A DNA stretch of 22,704 nucleotides from a virus (IMGVR_UViG_2693429524_000015); one strand, 5' to 3'. Counted from the stretch's first letter, positions 8,669-17,415 are shown. Numbers and translations are program-made. The notes: generated by a model from the letters alone, not told the origin.

Positions 8669-8774
8669 CGTTCGCATTGTGAGCGACAAGATAATTGCGC
8701 GGCATTGTCCATGCAAAACGCCCCAATAGCAGCAACTATTGGGGCGTAAAACTCGGTCGGACTCACTTAACCTG

Positions 8775-8860
8775 ATATGCGTGCCTTCCGAAGTAAATCA
8801 AAATGTGCGTCGTATATTTTATTGCTTACACGCACCTCTGTAAAGGCACGCATATTTTTC
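8775..8860 (+). terminator. Long stem-loop with T5 tail; candidate intrinsic terminator, attenuator or 3' end of a small RNA
   Basis: Perfect 13-bp arms atatgcgtgcctt (8775-8787) and aaggcacgcatat (8843-8855), enclosing an inner 6-bp stem gtgcgt/acgcac, followed by ttttt (8855-8859). Confidence 0.45.
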
Positions 8861-8876
8861 CTATGAGGTAAATAAA

Positions 8877-9146
8877 GTGCGGGCTAAAACAGGTATTTGC
8901 AAGAACCCTCATCGTTATAATCCAACATTTCTGTCTCTCCCTGAATATCAAGGACAAGAAGGTCGGCACAAATGCGCTGCCTGTGCTTTTGAGCTAGGCA
9001 TAAAAGATGCGCTTGAAGGACGCGCTATGGCTCAGAATGATTTAGTTTTAGCTAACATTCCGTTTAGCCAGGCTGGAACTGTAAGGCACAGAGATGCCTA
9101 TGAAGCATATGTTCGTGGTTGGCGATTAATAAACAGCAACAATTGA
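8877..9146 (+). CDS. Orphan 89-aa protein with Cys/His cluster (hypothetical)
   Basis: GTG start with RBS gagg 8 nt upstream. C8, H12, H31, C33, C36 could form a metal-binding site. Followed 10 nt later by a clean intrinsic terminator. No family recognised. Confidence 0.55.
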   Translation: MRAKTGICKNPHRYNPTFLSLPEYQGQEGRHKCAACAFELGIKDALEGRAMAQNDLVLANIPFSQAGTVRHRDAYEAYVRGWRLINSNN

Positions 9147-9155
9147 TACTTTTGA

Positions 9156-9178
9156 AGCGCCGATAAGGCGCTTTTTTT
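9156..9178 (+). terminator. Rho-independent terminator
   Basis: agcgcc-gataa-ggcgct stem-loop followed by tttttt. Confidence 0.7.
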
Positions 9179-9179
9179 G

Positions 9180-9330
9180 TTTGCACGATAGTGCACAAGT
9201 TTGCACAATTTTTTTGAACGACTTTTTGTACTTCCGGCCCGCGTGGTGGCTGGATCCGTCAAGGATCCGTACGTGCACAAAAAAACGCGTTTTTTCTGCG
9301 CGCAGGTGACGGGGGAACAGCCCGCGTTTC
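9180..9330. other. Candidate cos / packaging region
   Basis: Sits where P2 has cos, upstream of Q. tgcac occurs at exact 10-bp spacing (9182, 9192, 9202); ggatccgt is directly repeated; palindrome aaaaaacgcgtttttt (9280-9295); G-rich ggtgacgggggaacagcc (9306-9323) loosely resembles the P2/186 cohesive-end sequence as recalled. Confidence 0.3.
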
Positions 9331-9632
9331 AGGGGGTAAATAGCATTCCCTGAACGATGTCGCAGAGATAGAACAGAATGGCTGTATTTCTCACGCTGAG
9401 CGTGAAAAAGACGTGAGGGCTTTTGATTTGATGGGGTGAAAGGTAAGGCCGTCAAAATCGCACTGAGACGGCGAGAACATGCAGTCAACGCGGTGGGATT
9501 GCGTAAGAGTCTGACTGTCGATGATGGCAATCAGCAGGAAAGCATCGTGAAATTATCTGACTGATACAGGAGCTGGAGAGTCGGGGCATAAATTTTTTAT
9601 GCCCCGGCGAAGCAGCAGACAAGCGAAGCGCG

Positions 9633-10679
9633 TCAGGATGTGGGCTGGGTGTCTAACAGTGCGTAAGGGTTAAAGCGGATCACCTCTTCGCCAAGCCAGT
9701 CATTGATGTGCTTCATGGCCTCCATGACGGGCATCAGCTCGTTAATTGCGTAAACCCGCGCGGCCTTCTCCACATCACCAAACGCACTTTTTTCGCCCGG
9801 CATCGCCCCCATCAGTTGCGGCGGAACGCGGTGCGCAGCCAGCACATCATCACGGGATGCCGCCTTAACATTCATGAACTCATCCTTTGCGGTGATCTGC
9901 TGGAACGGCAAAATTTGCACCCCTTCTTTGCCCCCGTTGGGCGCATGAATGAGCACGTTTTTAAATGCACCACCACCACGCGCACCCTGTAACGTTTCTT
10001 TCAGGGAGTCCATGCTTTCGCGGTTTACCTGCGCTGCACCGATGTAGATGATGCACCCGGCGTGGGATCCGTTGTCGTAATACAGTTTTCTGAACATGTC
10101 CGCCGAATGAGAAAGGCTGGCCGAGAGTAATGCGCCAAGATATTCCGGCATGCCGTAGATTTCCTGGTTAATATCCGGATTCATCAGGTGGCACACTTTG
10201 CCAGGGCGAAACTGGAACGCGTCCTTGCCATCCTGCACATACCACCATGATTCAAGATCGCTTCCGCGTCGCATGTATTTCGCCAGGGCGTGCCGTAATT
10301 TAAGCGGTTCGCCGAGCATATTGCTCCGAAGCTCAAGGAATGCGTTACCGAACACAAACCAGTCCAGCGCCAGCGCCGAGAAATCCTGCCGGGAAAGCAG
10401 CGGGTGCGGGATGTAGCACCCGAGCAATACATTACGCTTAAAGTAAAGCGCAGACTGATGCCAGGACGTTTGCCGGGCGGCTCTTGCCAGACCGTACCAG
10501 TCCACCGGGGTTTCATACCACCGCCCGTTATCAGCACAGTACATATTGTCCAGCAGGTCATGCCCGGTCAGGCGATAAGGACCATCAAATGTGAATGCAC
10601 TGAGCGATGATTCTTTCCTGAGCGCATCAGCGAGATCAATGCGTGAACTCATGCGCACTTTTTTATTTTTTCTGCTCAT
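9633..10679 (-). CDS. Q: Portal protein, P2 gpQ-like
   Basis: 348 aa on the minus strand, transcribed toward the cos region; start overlaps the terminase stop. Size and position as P2 Q. Confidence 0.88.
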   Translation of the reverse strand: MSRKNKKVRMSSRIDLADALRKESSLSAFTFDGPYRLTGHDLLDNMYCADNGRWYETPVDWYGLARAARQTSWHQSALYFKRNVLLGCYIPHPLLSRQDFSALALDWFVFGNAFLELRSNMLGEPLKLRHALAKYMRRGSDLESWWYVQDGKDAFQFRPGKVCHLMNPDINQEIYGMPEYLGALLSASLSHSADMFRKLYYDNGSHAGCIIYIGAAQVNRESMDSLKETLQGARGGGAFKNVLIHAPNGGKEGVQILPFQQITAKDEFMNVKAASRDDVLAAHRVPPQLMGAMPGEKSAFGDVEKAARVYAINELMPVMEAMKHINDWLGEEVIRFNPYALLDTQPTS

Positions 10680-12430
10680 CAGAACTCCATAACCGTAAAA
10701 CGCTCGTTTTCCCCTTCGCCGCCAATCGGTTCGTTAATGACAGCAAGCATGGTTGCCCACGCAAGGTCGCCGTGGCTGATCCCCCTCGCACGGTCCGTTT
10801 CGTAAGTGATAAAGCCGCCCGGTGTTTTCACCTTACGCACGGCGTTAAAGGCTGCGACCAGCTCGCGTTCGGCGCGATCATATTCCCACCGCCCGGCACG
10901 CATTATTTGCAGCATTTTCAGTACCAGCGACCGTTTTGATGACAGCGTGAAGGTGTACGGAATAGCAGCAGGGAAAAACCGTTTCACTATCTGATAAACA
11001 GCCTCCCCGTTCCCGCCCGTCACATCAATGCCGATGTGTTCCACGTTGTAGCGACACGTGAACTCTTCAATGACTCTGGCCTGTTCTTCAAACTCCAGCC
11101 CCTGAACGCGTCGCGTCTCCACCGTTCGAAAACGGCCTCCAGGAACAGCCGGAGGAACCACCACGGACACAGCGCCGCTGTCGCCGTTTCCACTGCTGCC
11201 GTTTGCGTCATACCCAATCCATACCGGACGATTTCCCATCGGGCGGGGAGCAAAAGGTTTCCAGTCTTTCCAGTCGTCGTATCCGTCAACACCGCAGCCA
11301 ATCAGGATATTCAGGTTAAATGCCGATTCCCCTTCGCGGACAAACTCACACATATAGAGATTGCGGAACTCGTCTTCGGTGTTTTCATCACGAATTTCGT
11401 CAATATCGGTGTGTTTCCAGCCGTGATTAACCACATCTTCCAGCGTGACAATTTGCCGCCACGTCCGGTCAGGGCAGATAAGCCCGTTATGCAGCGTTTT
11501 CCAGTCCACAGAAAAACGCTGGCGTTTATGCGTGGCCTTTTTCTCGTTCCAGCGGTCGCCATTCCAGTAGGCGTATGCCTCGTGCGTTTCGGTGGATGGC
11601 GTGGAGAAGTAGGTGCGCCGCAGTCCGCTGAGGGTTGCCATAGCGCCAGCCACCTTGCGCAGTTCAGCAAAGCGACTGACCCAGAAAAATTCATCAAAAT
11701 AAAAATTGCCCGTGTAGGACTGTGCCGTCGCAGCAGAAGTACCAAGAAAATGCAGCTCTGCGCCGTTGGAGAGGATGATTTTATCGCCCCCTTTCAGCTC
11801 CACATCAACTTCAGCCGCAGCCTTCTGAATAATGCTTTTAAACTGGAACGCCTGACGACGCGACGCAGACAAAAAAATCTGGTTACGCTGGTAAGGTTGT
11901 GCCACATCGTCACGCAGCGCCATCAGCAGTGCTTCCTGTGCAAAATACCAGGTCGCCCCAATCTGTCGGGATTTCAGGATCATCCTGTTACGTATCCCGG
12001 CTTCCCTGCAAAGGGTCAGGGAGTCAAACCAGCCCCGCTGATGCCACTCCAGCCTGCTGATGATTTTTTCCCGCAGTGCGGCAATCTGTTCCGGCGTGAA
12101 ATGATTTTTGAGTTTTTTCGCCCGGCCTTTCTTTCCTGCGGCCATCACATCCGGCTGGCCATCATGCAGCTTTTTAAGCTGCCGGGTCAGCAGGTCTATT
12201 TCCTTGAAGTCACCACCTGTTTTATTCTGTTTTTCAGTAAGCTGGATGAGGCGCGCATCGATGGACTGCGTGACACGCTGCACGGGTGGCGTTTCATCCC
12301 ACTGGTCGCGTTTTTTCCACGCATAAATCGTGTTCGGGTTTATTCCCATCAGACGTGATATTTCTGCGGGCGGATAACCCTGCCAGTAAAGTTGCCGCGC
12401 ACGCTGGCGCACAAAAGCGTCCTGAATCAT
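10679..12430 (-). CDS. P: Terminase large (ATPase) subunit, P2 gpP-like
   Basis: 583 aa, divergent from the O-N-M-L operon as in P2; size as P2 P. Confidence 0.9.
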   Translation of the reverse strand: MIQDAFVRQRARQLYWQGYPPAEISRLMGINPNTIYAWKKRDQWDETPPVQRVTQSIDARLIQLTEKQNKTGGDFKEIDLLTRQLKKLHDGQPDVMAAGKKGRAKKLKNHFTPEQIAALREKIISRLEWHQRGWFDSLTLCREAGIRNRMILKSRQIGATWYFAQEALLMALRDDVAQPYQRNQIFLSASRRQAFQFKSIIQKAAAEVDVELKGGDKIILSNGAELHFLGTSAATAQSYTGNFYFDEFFWVSRFAELRKVAGAMATLSGLRRTYFSTPSTETHEAYAYWNGDRWNEKKATHKRQRFSVDWKTLHNGLICPDRTWRQIVTLEDVVNHGWKHTDIDEIRDENTEDEFRNLYMCEFVREGESAFNLNILIGCGVDGYDDWKDWKPFAPRPMGNRPVWIGYDANGSSGNGDSGAVSVVVPPAVPGGRFRTVETRRVQGLEFEEQARVIEEFTCRYNVEHIGIDVTGGNGEAVYQIVKRFFPAAIPYTFTLSSKRSLVLKMLQIMRAGRWEYDRAERELVAAFNAVRKVKTPGGFITYETDRARGISHGDLAWATMLAVINEPIGGEGENERFTVMEF

Positions 12431-12584
12431 TGCTCCCCCTGAGTAATTACAGGAAGATTACCCGCGCGCGAAACCGTTCTCCTTAACCCCCTGTTCTGAC
12501 TGTTTTCTTACAACAAAAGCCCTTTGTATCAGCCTGTTACGCTTTGCCATCATGACTGAAGAACCAGTCAGAGGGGCAAAAACT
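12431..12584. promoter_or_regulatory. Divergent late-promoter region between P (minus) and O (plus)
   Basis: Positional analogy to the P2 late promoters. Partial TGT...ACA dyad near 12492-12512, but the spacing does not fit the consensus. Confidence 0.35.
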
Positions 12585-13421
12585 ATGACTAATGAAAAAA
12601 AGACATCCCGCAAAAAGTTTCGCGTGGCTGTCTCCGGTGTGACGGCAGACGGGCGCGAAATCAACGGCGACATGCTGAAAGCTGCCGCCACCAGTTATAA
12701 CCCGTCCGTTTATGGTGCACGTGTGAATATTGAGCACATCCTGTCACCACTCCCCGGTAGCGAGTTTTCCGCTATGGGCGATGTTGTGGGGTTGAGCACC
12801 GAAGACATAACCGATGGCCCGCTGGCAGGCCGCACGGCACTGTATGCCGAAATTGAGCCGACCGCTCGCATGATGTCCCTGCTTAACGATGGTAAAAAAA
12901 TTTACTCCAGTATTGAGCTGGAACCACAGTCAACCATCACGGGAGGCCCTTACCTGCGCGGGCTGGCAATGACCGACACCCCCGCCAGCCTGGGCACGGA
13001 ACGTCTGGCCTTTGCGGCACAACAACGTATGCAACTGATGACATTCAACTGTCAGCAGGGAGACGTGGCGATGTTCACCGCCGCTATGGAGTCAGAACTT
13101 ATCGAACTCACCGAACAACGTCAGGAAGAAGGCACCCAGTGGTTTAACCGCGTTATGGGGATTATTGGCCGTGGCCGCAAAGCGGATGACGCCAGTTTCT
13201 CCCGTATTCAGGAAGCGGTGGAAGGTGTCGCAACGTCACAGGCCGATATTATCGACCGTTTTAATGCACTGGAAACCCGCCATCAGCAGGACAGCCAGAA
13301 AATCACTTCGCTGACCACAGAGCTGACAGCACTGAAGGAAAAGCTGCGCACGCAGGACGGCGATCCGCAGAACCGGTTCACCGCAACGGGCGCAGCCTCC
13401 GACCAGCTGGCTGACTTCTGA
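12585..13421 (+). CDS. O: Capsid scaffolding protein, P2 gpO-like
   Basis: ORF 12552..13421; start placed at ATG 12585 (MTNEKK) with RBS agggg. Size and position as P2 O. Confidence 0.85.
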   Translation: MTNEKKTSRKKFRVAVSGVTADGREINGDMLKAAATSYNPSVYGARVNIEHILSPLPGSEFSAMGDVVGLSTEDITDGPLAGRTALYAEIEPTARMMSLLNDGKKIYSSIELEPQSTITGGPYLRGLAMTDTPASLGTERLAFAAQQRMQLMTFNCQQGDVAMFTAAMESELIELTEQRQEEGTQWFNRVMGIIGRGRKADDASFSRIQEAVEGVATSQADIIDRFNALETRHQQDSQKITSLTTELTALKEKLRTQDGDPQNRFTATGAASDQLADF

Positions 13422-13444
13422 TAAGACAAAGGAGCAAATTTTTT

Positions 13445-14497
13445 ATGAATCTGGTGATGTCAGATAATGCCCGTAACAAGCTGGGCTGCTACATGACGCG
13501 ACAGGCGTCGATTAACAATATCCCGGTTTCTGGGCTGGTATCGCGATTTACCGTGGAACCCTCGGTGCAGCAGCGTTTTGAAAACGCCTCAAAGGATAGC
13601 ACCGAACTTACAAAAAAAATTAACGTGATCGGTGTGACCGACCAGAAAGGCGAAAAAGTCCTCATGGACACCACCGGGCCGATTGCGCGCACAAATACCA
13701 GTTATGACGGCACAGATCGCCGCAACCCGATTAACGCTGTCGACCTGAAGTCCCGTCAGTACCAGTGTGAGCAGGTGAACTACGACACGTTTATTTCGTA
13801 TCCGCAGCTTGATGCCTGGGCGGCGCACAATGACTTCCAGACCCGCATCAGCGCACAGATTGCCCGACAGGTGGCGCTTGACCGCATCATGATCGGCTTT
13901 AACGGCACGTCACACGCGGAAAAATCCAACTTCAGCACCAACAAGCTGCTTCAGGACGTTAACGTGGGGTGGCTGGAGCACATCAGAACCAATGCCAGCG
14001 CGCGCGTAATGAATGACGTGACGCTGACCTCCCGCAACATGGACAACACCGTGGCGCACGCGGGTAAGTATGCGAACGCTGATGCACTGGTTCAGGACGC
14101 ACGCTCATCCCTGCTGGATGAATGGCACAAGGAAGCTGACGACCTCGTGGTGATTATGGGGCGCAACCTGTTTAACTCGCTGCGTCTGCCCGTGCTGAAC
14201 AGCATCAGCGGCCAGAATCCCAATGCGGAATTACTCGCCGGACAGCTCATCCTGTCATCGCGCACCATTGGCGGGCTGGGTGTGTTCCTTGCGCCGTTCT
14301 TCCCGGATGCAACGATGCTGATCACCTCGTTCAACAACCTGTCGATTTACTGGCAGAAAGGTTCAATGCGTCGTCTGATGAAAGACGAGCCGGAATACAA
14401 CCGCATCGCCACCTACCAGTCCATCAATGACGCTTATGTCGTTGAAGACTATGGCAAGTGCGCGATGGTCACTGGCCTGAAGTTCGCCGACAGCTAA
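13445..14497 (+). CDS. N: Major capsid protein, P2 gpN-like
   Basis: 350 aa directly after the scaffold gene; RBS aaaggag. Confidence 0.9.
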   Translation: MNLVMSDNARNKLGCYMTRQASINNIPVSGLVSRFTVEPSVQQRFENASKDSTELTKKINVIGVTDQKGEKVLMDTTGPIARTNTSYDGTDRRNPINAVDLKSRQYQCEQVNYDTFISYPQLDAWAAHNDFQTRISAQIARQVALDRIMIGFNGTSHAEKSNFSTNKLLQDVNVGWLEHIRTNASARVMNDVTLTSRNMDNTVAHAGKYANADALVQDARSSLLDEWHKEADDLVVIMGRNLFNSLRLPVLNSISGQNPNAELLAGQLILSSRTIGGLGVFLAPFFPDATMLITSFNNLSIYWQKGSMRRLMKDEPEYNRIATYQSINDAYVVEDYGKCAMVTGLKFADS

Positions 14498-14542
14498 TCA
14501 ACTCACGGCGGGCATCATGCCCGCCAGTAACGGAGAGAACAA

Positions 14543-15343
14543 ATGATTACTCCTGCACAGCAACACTGGCAGAACGTGATGGCACAGCGCGCAGGCCGGG
14601 CGAATGAAGGCGTGGACCACGCCGCGCGTACCGCGCATGAAGAGGTGCTGTATCGTCTGCGTCTGGCACAGGCCCGGCTTAAGGGCGTACAGGCCAGAAG
14701 CGCGAAAGCCGCCATCAAAAAAGAGTTGTTGCCGGATTTTTCCGGCTGGATTGAGGGAACGCTGGAGGCTGACGGCGGGCAGCAGGATGAAGTGATTGCC
14801 ACGCTGATGGTGTGGGCGATTGACTGCGGCGATCTTCCGCTGGCGTTGCGTATTGGTGCGTATGTGGTCCGTCATAACCTCATTATGCCGGATAACTTTG
14901 GCCGTACTGCTGCCACAGTGCTGACCGAAGAAATCTGCAACCCGGTACTGACGCAGGCCGGGGCGGATGCCGACGCGGATTTGTCCGCCTTTATCGAACC
15001 ACTGGACACCCTCCGGAAGATTGTCACCGACCAGGACATGCCGGACGAAGTACGCGCCAAATTATGCAAGGCGTGCGCCTTTGCCCGTCGTGGTCTGACC
15101 GATGCAGACAACATGGCCTTATCACTGAAGCTGCTGCGCGAAGCGATGCACCTGAACCCGAACGCAGGTGTGAAACGCGAGATTGCAACCCTTTCCCGCG
15201 CCCTGAAAAAAGCCGATTCCGCAGCCGCATCAGAAGACGCCAGCGCACAGCAGGCGCAGGACGAAAGCAGCAAAAGTAAAAAGACAACGCGGAAGCCTGC
15301 AACACGAAAAACCACCGCGACGCAGAAGGCGAAGCGCGGTTAA
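14543..15343 (+). CDS. M: Terminase small subunit / endonuclease, P2 gpM-like
   Basis: 266 aa. Motifs LLP.F..W..G.LE...G.QD, MPD.FGRT and MPDEVRAKL match my recollection of P2 M; K/R-rich C-terminal tail. Confidence 0.85.
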   Translation: MITPAQQHWQNVMAQRAGRANEGVDHAARTAHEEVLYRLRLAQARLKGVQARSAKAAIKKELLPDFSGWIEGTLEADGGQQDEVIATLMVWAIDCGDLPLALRIGAYVVRHNLIMPDNFGRTAATVLTEEICNPVLTQAGADADADLSAFIEPLDTLRKIVTDQDMPDEVRAKLCKACAFARRGLTDADNMALSLKLLREAMHLNPNAGVKREIATLSRALKKADSAAASEDASAQQAQDESSKSKKTTRKPATRKTTATQKAKRG

Positions 15344-15360
15344 CGACTGACCCCGTCAGC

Positions 15361-15430
15361 GGGCGGCGTGCGCGGTGTTCCGGTTTGACTCCGTGGCCGT
15401 TTACACCGCGCACCCACCGCCCGATTTTTT
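15361..15430 (+). terminator. GC-rich long hairpin with T6 tail between M and L; candidate terminator/attenuator
   Basis: Arm gggcggcgtgcgcggtg pairs with caccgcgcacccaccgccc, followed by gatttttt. Confidence 0.4.
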
Positions 15431-15444
15431 CAGGAGTGAATCCC

Positions 15445-15939
15445 ATGAGCATGGTTGCCAGAACCAACCCCGGCCCCGCAGAGGACGACATCACCGATAC
15501 CGATGATGGTGATACCCGTATTTCAGCGGGTGCATTCTGGCCGGATATTGTGCTGCGTGAGCTGCGTCTGGCGATACGACTGCCGGGCCGTGTGACCACC
15601 TCCCGCCTGCTGCATACCGCCACCGGGGCCGTGGCACACGTTACCCGCGAGCTGGAAGCGTGGCAGCAGGAACAGCAGGCGGCTGGCCATCAGACGCTGG
15701 CCGATGTTCCGGCCCCCGTAATTAACGGAGAAAGCGTCAATCTCTGGCTCTGGCGCAATGCTGTTTATACCGCCACACGCGCCCTGATTCTGGAGCGTTA
15801 CCGCGATGCGGACACAACGGACAAGGGCGACCGCCGGGCGGATGCACTGGATATACAGACATCGGATTTGTGGCGCGATGTGAGCTGGGCCATCTCTGAC
15901 ATTCTGTGCCGCCCGCGAATCTTTGCGGAGTTGTGCTGA
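15445..15939 (+). CDS. L: Head completion/stabilisation protein, P2 gpL-like
   Basis: ORF 15385..15939; start placed at ATG 15445 (MSMVART) with RBS aggag. Resembles P2 L as recalled (FWPDI..., ADVPA...NGES, LWRDV.WA). Confidence 0.8.
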   Translation: MSMVARTNPGPAEDDITDTDDGDTRISAGAFWPDIVLRELRLAIRLPGRVTTSRLLHTATGAVAHVTRELEAWQQEQQAAGHQTLADVPAPVINGESVNLWLWRNAVYTATRALILERYRDADTTDKGDRRADALDIQTSDLWRDVSWAISDILCRPRIFAELC

Positions 15940-16145
15940 TGAAAGTGAAAGTGAAGGCACTGGAAGGCGACACCGTGGATTCGCTCTGTTTCCGGTACTA
16001 CGGCACGACGCAGGGCGTCACCGAAAAGGTGCTGGATGCCAACCCCGGACTCTGTCAGCAGGTATTTCTGGACGCCGGGCAGGAAGTGGAGATGCCGGAG
16101 CCGGAGAAGAAGAAACGAGAAATGATTCAGTTGTGGGGGGAGTAG
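15939..16145 (+). CDS. X: Tail protein X (LysM-like), P2 gpX-like
   Basis: 68 aa; start overlaps the L stop. MKVKVKALEGDTVDSLCFRYYGTTQGVTEKVLDANPGL resembles P2 X. Confidence 0.8.
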   Translation: MKVKVKALEGDTVDSLCFRYYGTTQGVTEKVLDANPGLCQQVFLDAGQEVEMPEPEKKKREMIQLWGE

Positions 16146-16147
16146 CA

Positions 16148-16471
16148 GTGAGCACCATTCAAACAGGGATCACAGAGCAGGTTATTGCGTGGCTCTTTGA
16201 CCACCTGCCAACGGTGTATGCAGTAGGCGCGGCGGTCAGCATTTCCGCGCTGATGAGTCTTTATGACGGACGAACACTGGTTCAGACCGTAACGGGATCG
16301 CTGGCGTGCGGCGTTCTGGCCATGGCCGTGGCCGGGTCGTTGCGCTTCTTCGGTTTTCCTGAAGATGCCGTGACGTTTATCGGCGCATCAATCGGTTTTA
16401 TGGGCGCAGAGAAAGCACGCGACAAGGTTATTGCAGCCTTTAATCGCAGGGTGAAGGAGAAGGACGAATGA
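16148..16471 (+). CDS. Holin (putative, three TMDs)
   Basis: GTG start after RBS gggggag. Three hydrophobic segments and a charged C-terminus; sits between X and the endolysin. Confidence 0.65.
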   Translation: MSTIQTGITEQVIAWLFDHLPTVYAVGAAVSISALMSLYDGRTLVQTVTGSLACGVLAMAVAGSLRFFGFPEDAVTFIGASIGFMGAEKARDKVIAAFNRRVKEKDE

Positions 16472-16860
16472 GCAACACATTTAAATTCAGCAGCCGGAGC
16501 GAAAAGAATTTGCAGGGCGTAAATCCTGATCTGGTGAAAGTGACCCGACGGGCACTGGAAATCTCGGAAGTGGATTTTGGTATCACCGAAGGGTTGCGCA
16601 GCCGTTACCGCCAGAAGCAACTTGTGGCCACGGGTAAGAGCCAGACCATGAACAGCCGCCACCTTACGGGGCATGCCGTGGATGTTGTGGCTTATATCGG
16701 CAGCCAGGTGTCATGGGAATGGCCACTGTACGAAAAAATCGCAGCAGCATTCAGACAGGCCAGCCGGGAACTGAATATTCCGGTGGAATGGGGCGGCGAC
16801 TGGAAGACCCTGAAAGACGGACCGCATTTTCAGTTACCACACGGAGCCTATCCGGCATGA
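16468..16860 (+). CDS. Endolysin, peptidase M15-type zinc peptidoglycan hydrolase
   Basis: 130 aa; start overlaps the holin stop. HLTGHAVD zinc-ligand motif and PHFQL C-terminus are typical of M15 endopeptidases. Confidence 0.8.
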   Translation: MSNTFKFSSRSEKNLQGVNPDLVKVTRRALEISEVDFGITEGLRSRYRQKQLVATGKSQTMNSRHLTGHAVDVVAYIGSQVSWEWPLYEKIAAAFRQASRELNIPVEWGGDWKTLKDGPHFQLPHGAYPA

Positions 16861-17264
16861 AGCTCTGGCACACGCTGGGCGTCGCTTTCCTTCTGATTGC
16901 CGCATGGGGAACATCCATGCGTCTGTCGTGGTCGCTGGGCCGGGAGAACGCCAGAAACGAAGCGCAGGCCAGCGCCCTGAAAAGTACCGCCGACACCCTG
17001 AATATCATCAGCGCCGGGGTACAGGATATGCAGCAGGTGCTGGCGCAACTCCGCGTGGAAAATCAGCAACGCAATCAGGACGGAGAGGTAAGACGTGAAC
17101 AGCTACGCAACGATATTGCAAAAGATGAATGCGCCCACGCTTTGCCTGACGCTCGTTTTACTGACAGGTTGCGCAGGCACGCAGAACGCGCCACGGCCAG
17201 CGCCGTCAGTCCGGCTTATACCGCAGACGCTGACCATACCGGTAACGCCTCCCCCCTTCCCTGA
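16857..17264 (+). CDS. Rz-like inner-membrane spanin (i-spanin)
   Basis: N-terminal TMD MKLWHTLGVAFLLIAAW followed by a charged helical region; start overlaps the endolysin stop. Confidence 0.6.
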   Translation: MKLWHTLGVAFLLIAAWGTSMRLSWSLGRENARNEAQASALKSTADTLNIISAGVQDMQQVLAQLRVENQQRNQDGEVRREQLRNDIAKDECAHALPDARFTDRLRRHAERATASAVSPAYTADADHTGNASPLP

Positions 17265-17415
17265 CACTCCCACATGGGGAAATCTCGGTATATGGGGCGA
17301 CCGCCTTCTGGATGCACTGGAAACCTGTAACGCGGATAAACGGGCCATTGAATTACTGGAACAGCGCAGGCTGCAACGACTGAACAACGAGGACAACAAC
17401 CATGCTGAAAACTGA
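17095..17415 (+). CDS. Rz1-like outer-membrane lipoprotein spanin (o-spanin)
   Basis: Lipobox LLTGC in a signal peptide, proline-rich mature region, overlaps the 3' part of the i-spanin gene in another frame. Start may be the internal Met at 17125. Confidence 0.65.
   Translation: MNSYATILQKMNAPTLCLTLVLLTGCAGTQNAPRPAPSVRLIPQTLTIPVTPPPFPDTPTWGNLGIWGDRLLDALETCNADKRAIELLEQRRLQRLNNEDNNHAEN

Noticed and set aside
8877-9146. Possibility that the 89-aa Cys-containing ORF is an Ogr/Delta-type late activator
   Set aside because: Ogr has a C-x2-C...C-x4-C zinc finger and sits beside gene D at the other end of the P2 map; the Cys spacing and location here do not match.
9126-9530. 134-aa minus-strand ORF across the putative cos region
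   Set aside because: Spans the plus-strand terminator and repeat-rich noncoding DNA; R/S/L-rich translation without a credible start context.
9433-9567. Possible 44-aa ORF (GTG start) in the cos-proximal noncoding region
   Set aside because: Weak start context, no known P2-family gene at this position, and the region is better explained as packaging/cis-acting DNA.
11036-12358. 440-aa ORF on the plus strand
   Set aside because: Lies entirely antisense within the terminase large-subunit gene; a shadow ORF of a GC-rich gene.
12492-12512. P2 late-promoter activator dyad (TGT-N12-ACA) in the P/O intergenic region
   Set aside because: TGT and ACA half-sites are present, but the spacing I count is 15 nt, not 12, so I report only a generic divergent promoter region.
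14872-15623. Minus-strand ORFs of 147 and 199 aa
   Set aside because: Antisense to M and L, which have clear recalled homology to P2 proteins.
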